The translations under genes were made by a program, and so were the position numbers. A model generated the notes under the pieces. That model was given only the letters and a program-made list of their open reading frames with translations, searched no databases and had not been told where the DNA came from. This document shows positions 61,411 to 64,000 of a stretch of 64,000 nt of DNA, piece by piece (position 1 is the first letter of the stretch; the number at the start of each line of letters is the position of its first letter). The stretch comes from Laetmonice hystrix (taxonomy: Eukaryota). The stretch lies in assembly GCA_965235115.1 (NCBI GenBank), contig OZ249437.1:14322001-14386000 (forward strand). Reading direction: 5' to 3'.

Positions 61411-63055
61411 CGGTGGCCGGTTAGTGCCAACGACGATTACAAAAGAGGAAACACGTGTACAAATTAAAAACGACGAATGCAAAAGAGAAAACACGTTTAC
61501 AAATTAAAAACGACGAATGCAAAAGAGAAAACACAAACGCAAAAGTTAGAACGGCGATTACAAAACAGAAACCACGACCACAAATTCAAAAACGCAAAAA
61601 CAAAAGAGAAAACACAAACGCAAACGCCAAAACGGCAATTACAAAACAAAAACCGCGAAAACAAATTCAAACACGCAAATGCAATAGAGAGATCACAAAC
61701 GCGAACAACAAGTTGGTGTGTAGCACGCTTACAAGAATGGTATCCATGTTCGGGGCCCAGGGACGACCAGGGCGAGTCTAAGTGGACAGGGGTGTTTGCA
61801 CTCTGACTAGTTCTGGCGATACTGAGACGCTGCGGTAGGAGATTGGCATAAGGGAGCCAAAGTCTCGGACATGCGCAACTCGTTCCAATTCCTACTAGGG
61901 CGGAAACTGTCCACGGGTGTGACTAATTACCGAAATCTACCGGAATATACCGAAATCTACCGGAATCTACCGAAATCCAGAAACCCCATGACTAATTACC
62001 GAAATCGACCCCCCAAATTACCGAAATCGACCTCTAGTGTTGTTTGGGAGCCCCCAAACTTACCGAAATCGACCTCTAGTTGTGTTTGGGAGCCCTCAGA
62101 TTTCGGTAAGTTTGGGGGCTCCCAAACCCAATTAGAGGTCGATTTCGGTAAGTTTGGGGGCTCCCAAACCCAATTAGAGTGAGTCGATTTCCGTAAGTTT
62201 GGGGACTCCCAAACACAACTAGAGGTCGATTTCGGAAGTTTGGGGGGTCCCAAACACAACTAGAGGTCCATTTCGGGAAGTTTAGGGGCTCCCAAACACA
62301 ACTAGAGGTCCATTTCGGTAAGTTTGGGGGTCGATTTCGGTAATTAGTCATGGGGTTTCTGAATTCCGGTAGATTCCGGTAGATTTCGGTAATTAGTCAC
62401 ACCGGTGCGGGGGTCGGTGCCCCCGCCCGGTGCCCCCGCCCCGCCCCGGCAACGCCCCCCCCCCGACAATGACCCCCCTAAATCTGCGCCTGGCCCGTTG
62501 GATCCGCCACTGCATGGACGGAGGAGCCACGCCAAAGCCCAAACACGCTAAAAAGGTTGCCTTTGGAACGAGTTTGAGAATGTGCCTCCCAACTCGAAGT
62601 TTACGTCGAAGTCGAAGTCGAAGTTATGGTCGGTGTCTCAGTAAATGTATGTACGTCGAGCTGGAAGTCGAAGAATTTCCCTTCAGGTATTCCATAGCAG
62701 GCCTCGGTAGATGTCACCTCGGCTCACCCCTGTCCCACATTTACACTTAGACTCGTCCTGGTCGACTCTCGGCCCGGAACATGGATATCCTTTTTGTAAA
62801 CGTGCTTCACGCCAAGTTGTTGTTTGTGGTGTGAGAGGGATTTGTATTCATCGTTTTTGCTTTTGTATTTGTCGTTTTGAATTTGTATTCTTCGTTTTGA
62901 ATTTGTATTTGTCGTTTTTGCTTTTGTATTTGTCGTTTTGCTTTTGTATTCGTCGTTTCGAATTTGTATTTGTCGTTTTGCTTTTGTATTTGTCGTTTTG
63001 CTTTTGTATTCGTCGTTTTGAATTTGTATTCGTCGTTGGCACTAATCGGCCACCG
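61411..63055. mobile_element. TA-flanked non-autonomous element with long diverged inverted arms of about 350-390 bp
   Basis: ta|cggtggccggttagtgccaacgacga ... tcgtcgttggcactaatcggccaccg|ta. Arms are built of acgacgaat(a/g)caaaa subrepeats and share an inner unique block. Confidence 0.85.
61916..62403. mobile_element. Foldback element with internal tandem units of about 40 bp, nested in 61411-63055
   Basis: ggtgtgactaattaccgaaatctaccgg... is mirrored by ...ccggtagatttcggtaattagtcacacc. Internal units ttaccgaaatcgacctctagttgtgtttgggagcc occur in both orientations. Confidence 0.85.
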
Positions 63056-64000
63056 TACTATCAGGAACTGTATATCAACACTGCACCTTACATTACTGTC
63101 GAGGCTGGCTGCCACACCTAATTGCTAGAGTTGGCAAAATAAATGATTAACTTATTCTCGTTTTACTGTTTGTTCCATGGGCACAAGAAAAGCAATTCGA
63201 TCATGATTGTTTGCATTACTAATTAAAGCTCATGCTCTTGAATGAGAGTTTTAGAGGTATAGGCCTACATAATAGCTCGGGGTTTCCCTGAGACACACCG
63301 TCAGTGTTAAAATTAATTAAAAATGGGTAGGCTATAGCCGTGTAGGCCTATCATAGGCCTACTTCGTGAAGCTAAAGGGGGGGCACGTGCCCCCTGTGCG
63401 CCCCTTTGGATCCGCCTTTGCGTGGTATGTATACTTAGATCCTAACAGAATGGCCACCTGACAGTCCATTTGCAGGTACCATCCAGCTGTATGTGGGCTC
63501 ATTGCCGCTAGATGGCAACTTCACTCTATAGAGGGCGCCTTGAGAGGTCGTATGGTCGTCTCCACACTCGCTCTCCCTCGGATTTCCCCGTCTTTAAATC
63601 CTCATTCGTATACCGCGCAAAGCGTCATGGGATAAAAATAGTTCAAAATGGCGGCCGCCATCGGGGGAAAATAAAAGTTTCGACTGAAAGCTAATGTAGT
63701 AATAACTCTTTAATCATTAAGGGGGATTCTAGAATTAATATTGACCGATGTCAGCTTACAAAGGCGTTTACTGCTAATCCCATGCAGTCTCCTGTCAGGT
63801 GTCGACTGGCCGCAATGTTGTTGTTGACAGTGCTGCGAGTGGGGGAGGAGTTGCAAACAGTACGAGTTTTGAACTCTCTTTGATTAAACGTTTCTGTAAC
63901 CAAATTGTATTTATTTCAACAACTAGATTAAGCCACGAAGATCATTCGTAGAAATACCCACCACAATTAATCTTTTCCATCACCTAAGTTGTCCTAGTTA

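Noticed and set aside
61455-63121. Lys/Thr/Asn-rich ORFs on both arms and repetitive ORFs in the centre
   Set aside because: Translations of subterminal repeat arrays.
63644-63660. caaaatggcggccgcc, a YY1-like or start-codon-like motif near the window end
   Set aside because: The ATG frame closes after 8 codons and no downstream exon is visible; it cannot be supported as a promoter from this window alone.

Overview
Intron-rich animal DNA, most likely a marine invertebrate (inference from gene structure and transposon content). No rRNA, tRNA gene or CRISPR array was seen. Five host protein-coding genes, all on the + strand, were reconstructed by hand from GT-AG boundaries and frame continuity. 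(1) The 3' part of an FRRS1-like DOMON + cytochrome b561 gene (7-8872), which carries two paralogous 100-nt exons that can only be used one at a time. (2) A 16-exon, 799-aa gene (13075-21704) joining a GCN5-like acetyltransferase (split by an acidic 24-aa repeat insert), a predicted coiled coil and a PARP-type ADP-ribosyltransferase domain whose first triad residue appears to be Cys, not His. (3) PRKCSH, glucosidase II beta (27099-44231, 17 exons, 551 aa, ends HDEL). (4) A small secreted stand-alone DOMON protein (from 52316). (5) An intronless GT92-family glycosyltransferase (56866-58149). An unidentified, compact, short-intron coding-like region lies at about 23.0-25.8 kb. Introns and intergenic DNA hold a Harbinger element with a deleted DDE core but an intact Myb/SANT ORF, an ISL2EU-like relic, piggyBac-, Kolobok-, Harbinger- and hAT-like MITEs, SINE fragments, nested foldback elements and minisatellites. 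The strongest leads are the GNAT-PARP fusion, the mutually exclusive heme-ligand exons, and a recurrent TA to TACATGTA 6-bp gain seen in three unrelated repeat alignments. All family assignments come from motif recognition by eye, not database searches.
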